Source: an uncultured Gemmatimonadales bacterium (GTDB taxonomy: Bacteria; Gemmatimonadota; Gemmatimonadetes; Palauibacterales; Palauibacteraceae). From it: a stretch of 64,000 nt of DNA. Both the position numbers and the translations under genes were made by a program. Position 1 is the first letter of the stretch; each line of letters opens with the position of its first letter. The stretch spans positions 348,739 through 412,738 of the forward strand of contig CAWANJ010000002.1 in assembly GCA_963783385.1 (NCBI GenBank). Direction: 5' to 3'. The notes beneath the pieces are model-generated. The model did no database searches. It worked only from the letters and a program-made list of their open reading frames with translations, and was not told the DNA's origin. Shown in pieces: positions 1 to 10,652 of the stretch.

Positions 1-532
1 GAGCGACGAGGAGGCCCTGCGCAGCGCCGGCCGGGTCATGAAGGAGACCGGGGCCGAGGCCGTCAAGCTGGAGGGGGGGCACGAGGCCGCGGTCTCCCGG
101 GTACGGGCGCTCGTGCGGGCCGGTATCCCGGTCATGGGCCACCTCGGCCTCACGCCCCAGTCCGTGCACAGCTTCGGTGGGTACGGGGTACGTGGACGGG
201 AGCCGGAGGAGGCCACGCGGCTGCGCCAGGAGGCGGCGGCGCTCGAGGAGGCTGGCTGCTTCGCCATCGTCCTCGAGCTCATGCCGACCGAGCTGGCCCG
301 GACGGTGAGCGAGGCCCTCCAGATCCCGACGATTGGCATCGGCGCGGGTCCGGGCTGCGACGGCCAGGTGCTGGTGCTTCCGGACATGCTGGGGCTCAAC
401 GAGGGGTTCGAGCCGAAGTTCCTCCGCCGGTTCGGCGCGCTCGGATCCGCGGTCCACGAGGCGGTTGACGCCTACGTGGAGGCGGTACGCGAGGGGACGT
501 ATCCGGATGCTTCGGAGAGCTATGACGGGTGA
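1..532 (+). CDS. panB: 3-methyl-2-oxobutanoate hydroxymethyltransferase (5' truncated by window edge)
   Basis: AVKLEGG, PVMGHLGLTPQS and IGIGAGPGCDGQVLV motifs; directly upstream of panC. Confidence 0.95.
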   Translation, partial: SDEEALRSAGRVMKETGAEAVKLEGGHEAAVSRVRALVRAGIPVMGHLGLTPQSVHSFGGYGVRGREPEEATRLRQEAAALEEAGCFAIVLELMPTELARTVSEALQIPTIGIGAGPGCDGQVLVLPDMLGLNEGFEPKFLRRFGALGSAVHEAVDAYVEAVREGTYPDASESYDG

Positions 533-1493
533 CGCGACGCGGTCGGTCGCCGTTTCGGGGCCGGACCCGGCCCCGGGACGGCCGGAGGCCGGTTCGCCCG
601 CCCGCCCACGCGTGGTCCGCGACCCCGAGGAAGCCAGGGAGGTCGCCCGGGCCCTGCGAGCCGAGCGCGGCAGCCTGGCCCTCGTCCCCACCATGGGCTT
701 CCTGCACGAGGGGCACCTGAGCCTGCTGGACCGGGCCGGCGAGCTGGCGGGCGCGGTGGCGATCTCGGTGTTCGTCAACCCGACGCAGTTCGGCCCGGGC
801 GAGGACTACGAGGCGTATCCGCGCGACCTGGAGCGGGACGCGCGGCTGGCCGCGCGCCGCGGGGCGGAGCTCGTGTTCGCGCCCGCGGCCGACGCCATGT
901 ACCCGGCGGGCCCTCCCGCCATCACGGTCGACCCGGGGCCGCTGGCCGACCGGCTGTGCGGCCTCAGCCGACCGGGCCACTTCCGGGGCGTGCTCACCGT
1001 CGTGCTCAAGCTGCTCCACGTCCTCGAGCCGGACGTGGCCGTGTTCGGGCTCAAGGACTTCCAGCAGTCGGTGCTCGTCCGCCGCATGACCGAGGAGCTG
1101 GACGTGCCCACCCGCATCGAGACGGCGTCCATCGTGCGGGAGGCGTCCGGCCTGGCCATGAGCTCGCGCAACAGCTACCTGTCGCCGTCCGAACGGCGGG
1201 TGGCGGAGTCGCTGTCGGCAGGCCTGCGGCGGGTGCGGGAGCGCTTCGCGGCGGGGGAGCGGGACCCCACGCTCCTGGCGTCGCTGGCCCAGGCCACCAT
1301 GGACGCGGCCGGGGCCGCGGTCGAGTACGCCGAGGTGGTCGACCCGCGGGAGCTCGAAGGAGTGGAGCAGGCGTCCGCGGAGGACGTGTGCGCGGTCGCC
1401 GCGCGCGTCGGGTCGACCCGGCTCATCGACAACGCGCCGCTCGGCGGGGAGAGCAGCCTGGACGCCCTCGGGCGTCCAGGGGCACCCGAGTGA
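522..1493 (+). CDS. panC: pantoate--beta-alanine ligase
   Basis: VPTMGFLHEGH, SVFVNPTQF, YPRDLE, RPGHF, FGLKDFQQ, AMSSRNSYL and RLIDN motifs; ATG at 522 overlaps the panB end. Confidence 0.95.
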   Translation: MTGDATRSVAVSGPDPAPGRPEAGSPARPRVVRDPEEAREVARALRAERGSLALVPTMGFLHEGHLSLLDRAGELAGAVAISVFVNPTQFGPGEDYEAYPRDLERDARLAARRGAELVFAPAADAMYPAGPPAITVDPGPLADRLCGLSRPGHFRGVLTVVLKLLHVLEPDVAVFGLKDFQQSVLVRRMTEELDVPTRIETASIVREASGLAMSSRNSYLSPSERRVAESLSAGLRRVRERFAAGERDPTLLASLAQATMDAAGAAVEYAEVVDPRELEGVEQASAEDVCAVAARVGSTRLIDNAPLGGESSLDALGRPGAPE

Positions 1494-1526
1494 CACGACG
1501 ATCCGATCGGAGAGCAGATAGAGACC

Positions 1527-1592
1527 ATGCGACGCACCCTGTTCAAGTCGAAGATCCACCGGGCCACCCTGACCGGGACGCCCGCCTCGTGA
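1527..1592 (+). pseudogene. panD: aspartate 1-decarboxylase remnant (21 codons, internal deletion)
   Basis: Translates MRRTLFKSKIHRATLTGTPAS*, matching the PanD N-terminal KSKIHRAT signature; sits in the panD position after panC. Confidence 0.85.
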
Positions 1593-2182
1593 CCGCCGCC
1601 CGCGCCGCCGCTCCTCACCCGCTGGTCGCGGCCGCGGGACGCGAAGGGCGCCTGCCGGAGTGGGCCCGCTGCGGAGAGAAGCGGCGGGCCCACATCGAGG
1701 GGGTGGCGGCCCTCATGTCCGAGTGGTCCGAGCGGCTGGGCCTGCCGGACCGGGAGCGCGTGCGCTGGGCGGCGGCCGCGCGGCTGCATGACGCCCTGCG
1801 TGACGCGTCGCCCGGCGAGCTCCGCCAGGAAGCGGCGCTCGACTGGCCCGCCGCCCTCCTGCACGGCCCCGCCTGCGCGGCGCGCCTGCGGGCGGAGGGC
1901 GTGGAGGACGGGGATCTCCTGGGGGCCGTGGCCTACCACACGGTCGGGCACCCGGAGTTCGGGCGGCTCGGCGAGTACCTCTACCTGGCCGACTTCCTGG
2001 AGCCGGGACGCTCCTACCTGCCGGAGGTGCGCGAGCGGCTCCGGGCCATCCTGCCCGCGGAGCGCCTCGAGGCGCTCCTGTCCGTCGTCGGCCTCAGGCT
2101 GGCCCACCGGCTCGAGGTGCGCGGCCCGATCCGTCCCGAGACGGTGGCCCTGTGGAACCGGCTGGTGGAAGAGGCCGCGTGA
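1589..2182 (+). CDS. HD-domain phosphohydrolase (YqeK-like)
   Basis: RRAH...ARLHDALR...LHGPA...YHTVG...YLADFLEPGR; GTG start overlaps the panD remnant stop. Confidence 0.8.
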   Translation: MTAARAAAPHPLVAAAGREGRLPEWARCGEKRRAHIEGVAALMSEWSERLGLPDRERVRWAAAARLHDALRDASPGELRQEAALDWPAALLHGPACAARLRAEGVEDGDLLGAVAYHTVGHPEFGRLGEYLYLADFLEPGRSYLPEVRERLRAILPAERLEALLSVVGLRLAHRLEVRGPIRPETVALWNRLVEEAA

Positions 2183-2694
2183 AGGGGCGCCTGGGGACGG
2201 TCGTCACGGTGGTCGTGCTCCTCGGCGTGGGCTTCCTGCTCGGCTCCTTCTGGCTCCAGTGGCGCGGAACCCGGCTCCGGCAGCCCGGCTCGGAGGTGGA
2301 GGGCACGCCGGTCACCGTTCCGGAGGGCTTCGCTTCCCGGGCCCGGGTCGAGGTCCTCAACGGCTCGGGGGAGCCGGGCGCGGCCGAGCGCGCCGCGAGC
2401 CGCCTGCGAGCCATGGGCTTCGACGTGGTCTACTTCGGCAACGCGCCCAGCTTCGGACACGCTCGCACGCGGGTCCTGGCGCGGTCGACCAACCGCGGCG
2501 CGGCCCGCCGGGTGGCGGATTCGATCGGCCTGGACAGCGCCATCTCCCGCCCGGACACCAGCCTCTACCTGGACGCCACCATCATCCTGGGGGACGACTG
2601 GCACCACCTGCTAGAGGTGCGCGCCCGGAGCGAGAAGCCATCGGGGCGACGGGCGAGTCTGCTCGACCGCATCCTGCACGCCGTCCATCGGTGA
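2179..2694 (+). CDS. LytR C-terminal domain membrane protein
   Basis: N-terminal TM helix, VEVLNGSG...GNA motif, C-terminal TIILGDD. Confidence 0.8.
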   Translation: MKGRLGTVVTVVVLLGVGFLLGSFWLQWRGTRLRQPGSEVEGTPVTVPEGFASRARVEVLNGSGEPGAAERAASRLRAMGFDVVYFGNAPSFGHARTRVLARSTNRGAARRVADSIGLDSAISRPDTSLYLDATIILGDDWHHLLEVRARSEKPSGRRASLLDRILHAVHR

Positions 2695-2749
2695 GGCCGG
2701 CTCGCGCGTCGGGGGCCGCCGCGCGTCGACGGCCCCCGCCAGGGGGTCC

Positions 2750-3832
2750 TCAGGATGCCGGGTCGCCGCGCTCCAGTCGGAGCTGGCCGCAGGCGGCCGC
2801 GATGTCCCGGCCGCGGGGCTCTCGCACCGCGGCGCTCACCCCGCGCCGGTGCAGGGTCCGGGCGAAGGCCTCCACCCGCTCCGGGGGGCTGGATCGCCAG
2901 GGCCGGTCGGGGATCGGGTTCCACGGGATCAGATTAATGAAGCACATGAGATCCGACGTGATATCCGCAAGGGAATCAGCGAGTTCTGTGCTGTCGTTGA
3001 TCCCCTCGATGAGGGTGTATTCGAAGGTCACGCGACGGCCCTTCCGGTCCAGGTACTCGCGCACCGCCTCCAGGAGCTCGGGCAGGGGGTAGCGTCGCTC
3101 GATCGGCATGAGCGCGGCCCGGAGCTCGGAGAGCGGCGCGTGCAGCGAGACCGCCAGGCCGAAGGGCTCCGGCCGACGGGCCAGCTCGAGGATCCCGGGC
3201 ACGAGGCCCACCGTCGACACGGTGATGCGTCGAGCGCCCACGCCGAAGCCCTCGTGCAGGACCTCGAGCGCCGCGAACACGGGGTCGGGATTGGCCAGGG
3301 GCTCGCCCATGCCCATGAACACCAGGTTGGTGATGGGCCGGCCCATCTCCTCGCGCGCGAAGCGGAGCGAGTCGCGGTACTGGGCCACGATCTCGGCCGC
3401 CGTGAGGTGGCGCCGGAAGCCGAAGGACCCGGTGGCGCAGAACCGGCAACCGAGCGCGCAGCCGGCCTGCGAGGACAGGCACAGCGTGAGTCGGTCCCCG
3501 GCGGGGATGAGGACGGACTCCACCTGCTCGCCGTCCTCCAGCCGCCACAGGTGCTTGACCGTGCCGTCGGACGAGCGCGCCGTCCACGCCGCCTCGAGCG
3601 GCGTGAGCTCGAACGCCGTGCCCAGCTCGGTGCGCAGCTCCGTGGGCAGCGTCGTCGCCTCGTCGAACGAGCGCGCCGCCTGCCCGTACACCCAGTGCTC
3701 CACCTGGTCGGCGCGGTAGGCGGGCTCTCCCCTCGCCTCGAGCCAGCTGGCCACGGCGCGGCGGAGCTCCTGAGGCGCGAGGCCGAGCAGGGCCGCGGGT
3801 CCGGTCGTTTCCGGGAGGGTTTTCTGGCTCAT
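2750..3832 (-). CDS. rlmN: 23S rRNA/tRNA A2503/A37 C2-methyltransferase (radical SAM)
   Basis: CLSSQAGCALGCRFC, FMGMGEP and DIAAACGQL motifs. Confidence 0.95.
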   Translation of the reverse strand: MSQKTLPETTGPAALLGLAPQELRRAVASWLEARGEPAYRADQVEHWVYGQAARSFDEATTLPTELRTELGTAFELTPLEAAWTARSSDGTVKHLWRLEDGEQVESVLIPAGDRLTLCLSSQAGCALGCRFCATGSFGFRRHLTAAEIVAQYRDSLRFAREEMGRPITNLVFMGMGEPLANPDPVFAALEVLHEGFGVGARRITVSTVGLVPGILELARRPEPFGLAVSLHAPLSELRAALMPIERRYPLPELLEAVREYLDRKGRRVTFEYTLIEGINDSTELADSLADITSDLMCFINLIPWNPIPDRPWRSSPPERVEAFARTLHRRGVSAAVREPRGRDIAAACGQLRLERGDPAS

Positions 3833-3983
3833 GGCTCGTCAATGAAGGGAAGCTGCGCCCGCTTGCTGCGGCCGATGGCCGCCGGTATACTCCGGAGCCG
3901 TAGTACGCGGAACCGGCCGGCTCCGTTCCTCGTTCCCCGCCCCCGCTTCCGGAGCTCCCCGGGAGGCCACCCTTCGTGAATCC

Positions 3984-4367
3984 GTGATTCGCAACGTGCG
4001 TCCGTGGCGCCTGGTCGCCGCCTGGGTGATCGTCATCCTCGTGGCCACGACGGTTCCGTTTCCGTCCGGAATCATCGAGACGGGCCCGTTCCCCTTCGAC
4101 AAGGTGGTCCACTTCGGGCTGTACGCGGTACTGGGATGGTCGGTGCACCGCGCCGTGAGGGCGGGGGGCGGACGGAGACCGCTGTCGATCCTGGCGGCGT
4201 GGGCCGTGGGACTCACCTTCGGCGCCCTGGACGAACTGCATCAGCACCTCGTTCCGGGGAGGGATCCTTCGGTGGCGGACTGGGCCGCGGACGCGGCGGG
4301 CTACACGGCCGCCTTCCTGGCCTCGTCCGTGCTCGCCAGGAGGAGCTCGAGAAAGGAGAAGAAGTGA
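3984..4367 (+). CDS. VanZ-family membrane protein
   Basis: DKVVHFGLYAVLG...DELHQHLVPGRDPSVADWAAD. Confidence 0.85.
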   Translation: MIRNVRPWRLVAAWVIVILVATTVPFPSGIIETGPFPFDKVVHFGLYAVLGWSVHRAVRAGGGRRPLSILAAWAVGLTFGALDELHQHLVPGRDPSVADWAADAAGYTAAFLASSVLARRSSRKEKK

Positions 4368-6221
4368 CGGGGGAGGCTGGAGGGCAGGTGGAGCGACCGA
4401 GCGAGGGCAGGGAAGCGACATCCTACCGGGACGCGCGCTGCGCGACGGCGGACCGCTCCTGGGTCGGCCGGACGGTGCGGCTGGCGGGCTGGGTGCACCG
4501 GCGGCGCGACCTGGGCGGCCTGCTGTTCGTGGACCTGCGGGACCGGAGCGGCCTCGTGCAGCTGGCGTTCGGCGAGGACTGGACGGAGGCCGACGCGCTC
4601 GAGCTGGCGCACGCCCTCGGGCCCGAGGACGTGGTCCGCGTCCAGGGAGAGGTGGAGCCGCGCCCCGAGGGGGCCCTCAACCCCGACATGGCCACCGGGG
4701 AGATCGAGGTGCACGTCCGCTGCCTGGAGCGCCTGTCGGAGGCCGACTCGCTCCCGATCCTGGTGGCGGTGCCTCCCGAGGAGAGCCTGCCCTCCGAGGA
4801 GCTCCGGCTCCGGCACCGGTACCTGGACCTGCGCCGCCCCGAGATGGTGCGGCACTTCGAGGTTCGCCACCGGGCGGTGGCCGGCGCCCGCGCGGCGCTG
4901 GACGCCGAGGGCTTCCTGGAGGTGGAGACGCCGCTCCTCACGCGGCGGACGCCCGAGGGGGCGCGCGACTATGTGGTCCCCAGCCGCCTGCACCACGGGG
5001 AGTTCTACGCCCTGCCGCAATCCCCGCAGCTCTACAAGCAGCTCCTCATGGTGTCGGGCTTCGACCGTTACTACCAGGTGGCGCGCTGCCTGAGGGACGA
5101 GGACCTCAGGGCCGACCGCCAGCCGGAGTTCAGCCAGATCGACGTCGAGATGTCCTTCGTCGGGGTGGACGACGTGCTCGGCGTCGGCGAGCGCATGCTG
5201 GCGGGCATGTGGCGCGAGGGGGTGGGGCTGGAGCTCGAGCTTCCCTTCCCGCGCATGACCCACGACGAGGCGATGGAGTCGTACGGGACCGACAAGCCGG
5301 ACCTGCGGATCCCGTGGCGGCTCGAGGACTTCACGGAGACGCTCGACGGGCACCGGCTTCCGGGTCGTGGACGGCGCCGTCGAGGCCGGGGGACGGGTTC
5401 GCGGCCTGGTCGCCAGGGACGGGGTGCGGCTCTCCCGCAGCGAGATCGACCGGCTGGCGGCGCGCGCCACCGAGTACGGGGCCGGCGGGCTCCTGTGGCT
5501 CAAGTCGGGCGAGGAGGGTTGGTCGGGGCCCATGGCCCGCTTCATCGACGAGGAGCGCGGAGGACGCCTGGCTTCGGAGCACGACGTGGAGACCGGCGAC
5601 CTCGTCCTCCTCGTGGTCGGCGGCGACGCCGAAACGTCCCGCCCCCTGGACGCGGTGCGGCGCGCAGCAGGGGAGGCACTGGACGCGGTGGACCGGAACG
5701 CGCATCGATGGCTGTGGGTCACGGACTTTCCCCTGTTCGAGCGCGACCCCGAGACGGGCCGGCCCGCGGCGGCGCATCACCCCTTCACCCTCCCCGCGAC
5801 CGACGATCCGGCCCGCATCCGCGAGGAACCCTTCAGCGTGAAGGCCAGCGCCTACGACGTGGTGTACAACGGGGTGGAGTTGTGCAGCGGCAGCATTCGT
5901 TGCCATGATCCGGAGCTCCAGAGAGCGATCCTGGCGACGCTGGGACTGGGGGCCGAGGAGATCGAGGAGCGCTTCGGCTTCCTCCTCGAGGCGTTCCGGT
6001 ACGGCGTGCCGCCGCACGGCGGGTACGCCCTGGGAGTGGATCGCACCGTGATGCTCATGCTGGGAGCCGACTCGATCCGCGAGGTCATCGCTTTTCCCAA
6101 GACGACGGCGGCACGCGGGCTCATGGAGGGTGCGCCCTCTCCGCTGGCCCCCGGGGAGCTCGAGGAGTTCGGGCTACGCTTCGCGGAGGGGCCGGGCGCT
6201 CCGCGAGGAGCGTCGTCGTGA
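4364..6221 (+). CDS. aspS: aspartate--tRNA ligase (apparent frameshift near 5350)
   Basis: GWVHRRRDLGG, EGARDY, YALPQSPQ, RDEDLRADRQPEF in the first frame; HHPFT, PPHGG and VIAFPKT in the second frame. Confidence 0.93.
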
Positions 6222-7214
6222 GCGACTCCTCGTCCGGGGCTCCCGTGGTGCGCACGCGTCTGTCCGCCGAGGGAGCCGATCAGCTTCTCCTGGCCGGGAT
6301 CAACGACGTCAACCTCTCGGCCCTCGCGGACCTGTTCGACTGCCAGGTCGTCCTCCGCAACGACGAGCTCATCCTCTCCGGCCCGGCGGAGGGCGTGGAG
6401 GCGTGCCGTTCCGTGGCCGAGCGCATGCTGGAGATGGCGCGTCTGCGCCGCTCCTTCGGCACCGAGGACATCCGGCGCATGGCCGCGATGGGAGCTTCCG
6501 GCTCCGAAAACGGCGGCGGGTGCGCCGCGCGAGGACGCGCTCGTCCTGCCCGGCGTCCAGAAGGTGATCCGGCCCAAGTCGGAGGGGCAGGGCGAGTACC
6601 TCCAGGCCATCCGCGACAACGACATCGCGGTCGGCATCGGTCCGGCCGGCACCGGGAAGACCTACCTGGCCGTGGCCATGGGGGTGGCCACGCTGTACCG
6701 CAAGCGGGTGCGCCGCATCATCCTCACCCGCCCGGCGGTGGAGGCCGGCGAGGCCCTGGGCTTCCTGCCCGGGGACATCCGCGAGAAGGTGGATCCGTAC
6801 CTGAGGCCGCTGTACGACGCGCTGGAGGACATGATGCCGCCGGACCGCGTGCGGCGGGCCATCGAGGAGCACACCATCGAGATCGCGCCGCTCGCCTACA
6901 TGCGCGGCCGGACCCTCTCGGACGCCTTCATCATCCTGGACGAGGCCCAGAACGCCACGACCTCCCAGATGAAGATGTTCCTCACCCGCCTGGGGCCGAA
7001 CTCGCGGACCGTCATCACGGGCGACAAGACGCAGATCGACCTGGCCCGTCCCGAGGACTCGGGCCTCCTGGAGATCGAGGAGATCCTCACCGGGATCGAG
7101 GGCATCGAGTTCATCTACCTCACGGACCGGGACGTCGTCCGCCACCGGCTCGTGAAGGAGATCATCCGGGCCTACGCGGAGAAGGGCGGCGAGACGGGCC
7201 GCCGGGAAGGATGA
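6218..7214 (+). CDS. phoH: PhoH-family ATPase (apparent frameshift near 6520)
   Basis: [28 protein letters not shown] and GDKTQID motifs. Confidence 0.9.
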
Positions 7215-7218
7215 GGCG

Positions 7219-9510
7219 GTGAGCCTCGGCTCGGCGGCCATCCGCTGGCGTCGCGCGCTGCGATCGCTCAGCGGCTCGCCCGGGAGTGACTGGCGCTCCC
7301 TGCTGGTGCACCACGGCGTCCGTGCCGGCTTCGTGCTGGGCGCGGCGCTGCTGCTGCCGTTCCTGTTCCCGCGCACGTCGCTTCCCAGCTACGCCCACCT
7401 CGAGGAGGGCATGGTCGCCCCCGAGGACGTCATCGCGCGGGTGCCCTTCCAGGTCATGAAGGATCCATCCGAGCTGGCGGCCGAGCGCGAGGAGGCCGCC
7501 AGCGGCGTGGCCCCCATCCTGGCCCTCGACCCCGCGGCCGCGGACTCGGCGGCCACCGACGCGATCCGACTGTTCACGCAGATGGACAGCGCCGCCCGGA
7601 CGCCCGGCGCCGACACCTCCTCCGTCCGGGGCGTGCTGGCCCAGGCCGGGGTGACGCCCACGGCCGCGCAGCTCCAGTACCTGGCCTCCTCGGGACGGCG
7701 GTCCCGGCTGCGGGACGCGCTCGTGTCGGCGTACCGGACCCTGTTGCCGCGGGGGGTGGTGAGCCGCGGCGAGCTCGGCGGCGTGACGGCCGGACAGGTG
7801 GTCGTGCGCAGCCAGAAGGGGGACCGGCTGGTGGCACGGGACTCCCTCATGACAACCGGCGGCTTCTACGAGCGTGCCGCGGCCCGCGAGTCGGAGGATC
7901 TCGGCCCCACGGGGCAGCAGCTCTTCCAGACGCTCCTCGTCCGCTACGTGCAGCCCACGCTGCGGCTGGACAACGCCGCCACCCGGGCCGCCCGCCAGCA
8001 GGCCCGGGACGCGGTGCGGGCGGTCGAGGGGTCGGTGCTGCAGGGCGAGCGCATCGTGGCGGCCCACGAGCGCGTGAGCCGGGCCCAGGTGCGGAAGCTC
8101 CGCGCCTACGAGGCGGAGCTGCGGCGCCAGGGCCATGTGACCGGCGGCTACACGCCGCTGCGCACGGCGGGCTCGGTGCTGTACGGCGTGCTGATCCTGG
8201 GCCTGCTGGCCGTCGTCCTCCTGTCGCTGCGGCCGCGCATCTACCGGGACGTGCGCGGCTTCGTCCTCGTGGTCGGTCTGGCCTTCACCGTGGTCGTGGC
8301 CGGCGGGTATGCGGCGACCGCCGCCATGCCGGCGGTCGCGGTGCCGGTGGCCTTCGCCGCGCTCGTGGTGGGCGCCCTGTACGACGGGCTCCTCGGCGTC
8401 GTCGTGGCGGCGGTGGTGGCGGCGCTGGCCGCCGGCCAGCCTCCGCTGGCCGGGTCGACGACGCCCTTCCTCACCTTCGTGGCCGGGGCCGCGGCGGCGA
8501 TGGGCGTGCGCGGGGTCCGGCGGCGATCGGACAGCTGGATTCTCCTGGCGGTGGTGACGGCCGCGTACGTGGTCGGCGCGTCGAGCCTCGCGTTGACGCG
8601 CTCCCTGCCGCTCCACTCCCTGCTGGTCACGGCGGGGTGGGGAGGGCTCAACGCCGCCCTGTCGACGGTGGTGGCCATGGGGCTGGCCGTGCCGGCGCTG
8701 GAGAGCTTCACGGGCATCATCACGGACCAGACCCTGCTCGAGCTCTCCGACCTGGACCGGCCGCTCCTGCGCAGGCTGTCGCGCGAGGCGCCCGGCACCT
8801 ACGCCCACTCGGTCGGAGCGGCCAACCTGGCCGAGGCGGCCTGCTCGGCCATCGGCGCCAACGCGCTGCTGGCGCGCGTGGGGGTGTACTATCACGACAT
8901 CGGCAAGATGGCCCGGCCGCAATTCTTCATCGAGAACCAGCCCCCGGGCCGCAACCCGCACGACCGCCTTGCGCCGGAGAAGAGCGTGGAGGTGCTGCGC
9001 GAGCACGTGCGCGAGGGGCTGCGCCTGGCCGAGGACGCCCGGCTGCCGGGGGCGATCCGCGACTTCATCGCGCAGCACCACGGGTCGCAGCGGATCAGCT
9101 TCTTCTTCGAGAAGGCGCGTCAGCAGGGCAAGGACCCGGACCCCGAGGCCTACCGGTACGAGGGCCCGAGGCCGCGCAGCAAGGAGACCACGGTCGTGAT
9201 GCTGGCCGACGCCGTCGAATCGGCCACCCGCACGCTCTCCGATCCGACGCCGTCCGGCATCCGGACCCTGATCGAGCGACTGACGCGGGGCCGTCTCGAA
9301 GAGGGCCAATTCGACGAGAGCCCGATCACGCTGGGGGAGCTGGTCCAGGTCAAGGAGGAGTTCGCCCGGGTGCTGATCGGCATGTACCATCGCAGGATCG
9401 ACTATCCCGGCTCCGACACGGCCCCGCCCGCGGCCCGGGAGGGGACGACCGGGGAGGTCGAGTCCGAGGACGGCCGTCCGGCGGAGCGTTCCCCGCGCGT
9501 AGGGACGTGA
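7219..9510 (+). CDS. 7TM-HDIG membrane phosphohydrolase (PgpH/YqfF-like)
   Basis: Extracytoplasmic domain, multiple TM helices, APGTYAHS, YYHDIGK, FFIENQ and MLADAVES; phoH-HD-ybeY synteny. Confidence 0.9.
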   Translation: MSLGSAAIRWRRALRSLSGSPGSDWRSLLVHHGVRAGFVLGAALLLPFLFPRTSLPSYAHLEEGMVAPEDVIARVPFQVMKDPSELAAEREEAASGVAPILALDPAAADSAATDAIRLFTQMDSAARTPGADTSSVRGVLAQAGVTPTAAQLQYLASSGRRSRLRDALVSAYRTLLPRGVVSRGELGGVTAGQVVVRSQKGDRLVARDSLMTTGGFYERAAARESEDLGPTGQQLFQTLLVRYVQPTLRLDNAATRAARQQARDAVRAVEGSVLQGERIVAAHERVSRAQVRKLRAYEAELRRQGHVTGGYTPLRTAGSVLYGVLILGLLAVVLLSLRPRIYRDVRGFVLVVGLAFTVVVAGGYAATAAMPAVAVPVAFAALVVGALYDGLLGVVVAAVVAALAAGQPPLAGSTTPFLTFVAGAAAAMGVRGVRRRSDSWILLAVVTAAYVVGASSLALTRSLPLHSLLVTAGWGGLNAALSTVVAMGLAVPALESFTGIITDQTLLELSDLDRPLLRRLSREAPGTYAHSVGAANLAEAACSAIGANALLARVGVYYHDIGKMARPQFFIENQPPGRNPHDRLAPEKSVEVLREHVREGLRLAEDARLPGAIRDFIAQHHGSQRISFFFEKARQQGKDPDPEAYRYEGPRPRSKETTVVMLADAVESATRTLSDPTPSGIRTLIERLTRGRLEEGQFDESPITLGELVQVKEEFARVLIGMYHRRIDYPGSDTAPPAAREGTTGEVESEDGRPAERSPRVGT

Positions 9511-9986
9511 CGGGGGCGATCCGGATCGAGATCGCCGGCCTCGAGGACTGGCCGTCCCTCGAGGGGGCGCGGCCCGCCCTGGAGAGGGGGGTCCGCCTGG
9601 CCCTCGACTCGGCCGCCGAGCCGCTCCGCGGTGAGGTCTCCGTGGCGTGCCTCGACGCGGACGCCATGGCGGAGCTCAACCGGCGGTGGCTGAAGCGGGA
9701 GGGTCCGACCGACGTGATCGCCTTCGACCTGGGCGAGCCCGGCGCCGACGGCGTCCGCGAGCTGGTCGGCGACGTGTACGTGTGCCCCGATGTGGCCGTG
9801 GCGGCGTCCGCCGCGCCCGGTGGCCCGGAGGCCCCGGAGGAAGTCGTCCGTCTGGCCATCCATGGCGTACTGCACGTCCTCGGGCACGACCATCCCGAGG
9901 ACCAGACGCGCTGGGCGTGTCCCATGTACCGGCTTCAGGAGAGCCTCCTGGCCCGTGCCCTGGAGGCCGACGCCCCGCAGGCCTGA
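9507..9986 (+). CDS. ybeY: rRNA maturation RNase YbeY
   Basis: LNRRW...PTDVIAF...GDVY...HGVLHVLGHDH. Confidence 0.92.
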   Translation: MTGAIRIEIAGLEDWPSLEGARPALERGVRLALDSAAEPLRGEVSVACLDADAMAELNRRWLKREGPTDVIAFDLGEPGADGVRELVGDVYVCPDVAVAASAAPGGPEAPEEVVRLAIHGVLHVLGHDHPEDQTRWACPMYRLQESLLARALEADAPQA

Positions 9987-10001
9987 GACGGGAGGCGCCC
10001 G

Positions 10002-10652
10002 ATGCTGAGCCGACTGCGACGCTACCTGATCACGGGGCTCATCGTGGTGGCCCCGATCGGGGTGACCGTGTTGGTGCTCGTGTGGCTGTTCGAGCACCTG
10101 GACGCGATCCTGGGTCAGTGGCTGCCCGTGCCGGTCCGCTTCCCCGGGGTGGGCTTCCTGGCGCTCCTCGTCATCCTCCTGTTCGTGGGCTGGATGCTGC
10201 GCTGGGCCGCGGGCCGGCGGCTGCTCAGGTGGTGGAACCGCATCCTGTCCCGGCTGCCGCTCACCCGCCGGCTGTACAACGCCTCGTCCCAGATCGTGCA
10301 GTCGCTGCTGGACCGGGACGAGAACATCTTCCAGAGCGTGGCGCTGATCGAGTACCCCTCCCCGGGGTCGTACGCGATCGTGTTGGTGACGGCTCCAGCG
10401 CCGAGCTCGGTGGGTAACCTGCATCCCGGAGCGGACCTGGTGAGCGCGTTCCTGCCGACCACGCCCAACCCCACGACCGGCTACCTGCTCCTGGTGCCAG
10501 CCGAGCGGCTCAAGATCGTGGACATGACCGTCGAGGACGCCATGAAGTTCATCATCTCCGCCGGCGTGGTGGCGCCCGAGCCCGACCAGCCCCGCATGCG
10601 AGGCCTCGACGTCGAGCGGCTCATCCGCGAGGCCGGGAAGCGCCGCCCGTGA
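10002..10652 (+). CDS. DUF502 membrane protein
   Basis: ITGL..VAP N-terminus, IEYPSPG, FLPTTPNPTTGY and FIISAG. Confidence 0.88.
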   Translation: MLSRLRRYLITGLIVVAPIGVTVLVLVWLFEHLDAILGQWLPVPVRFPGVGFLALLVILLFVGWMLRWAAGRRLLRWWNRILSRLPLTRRLYNASSQIVQSLLDRDENIFQSVALIEYPSPGSYAIVLVTAPAPSSVGNLHPGADLVSAFLPTTPNPTTGYLLLVPAERLKIVDMTVEDAMKFIISAGVVAPEPDQPRMRGLDVERLIREAGKRRP

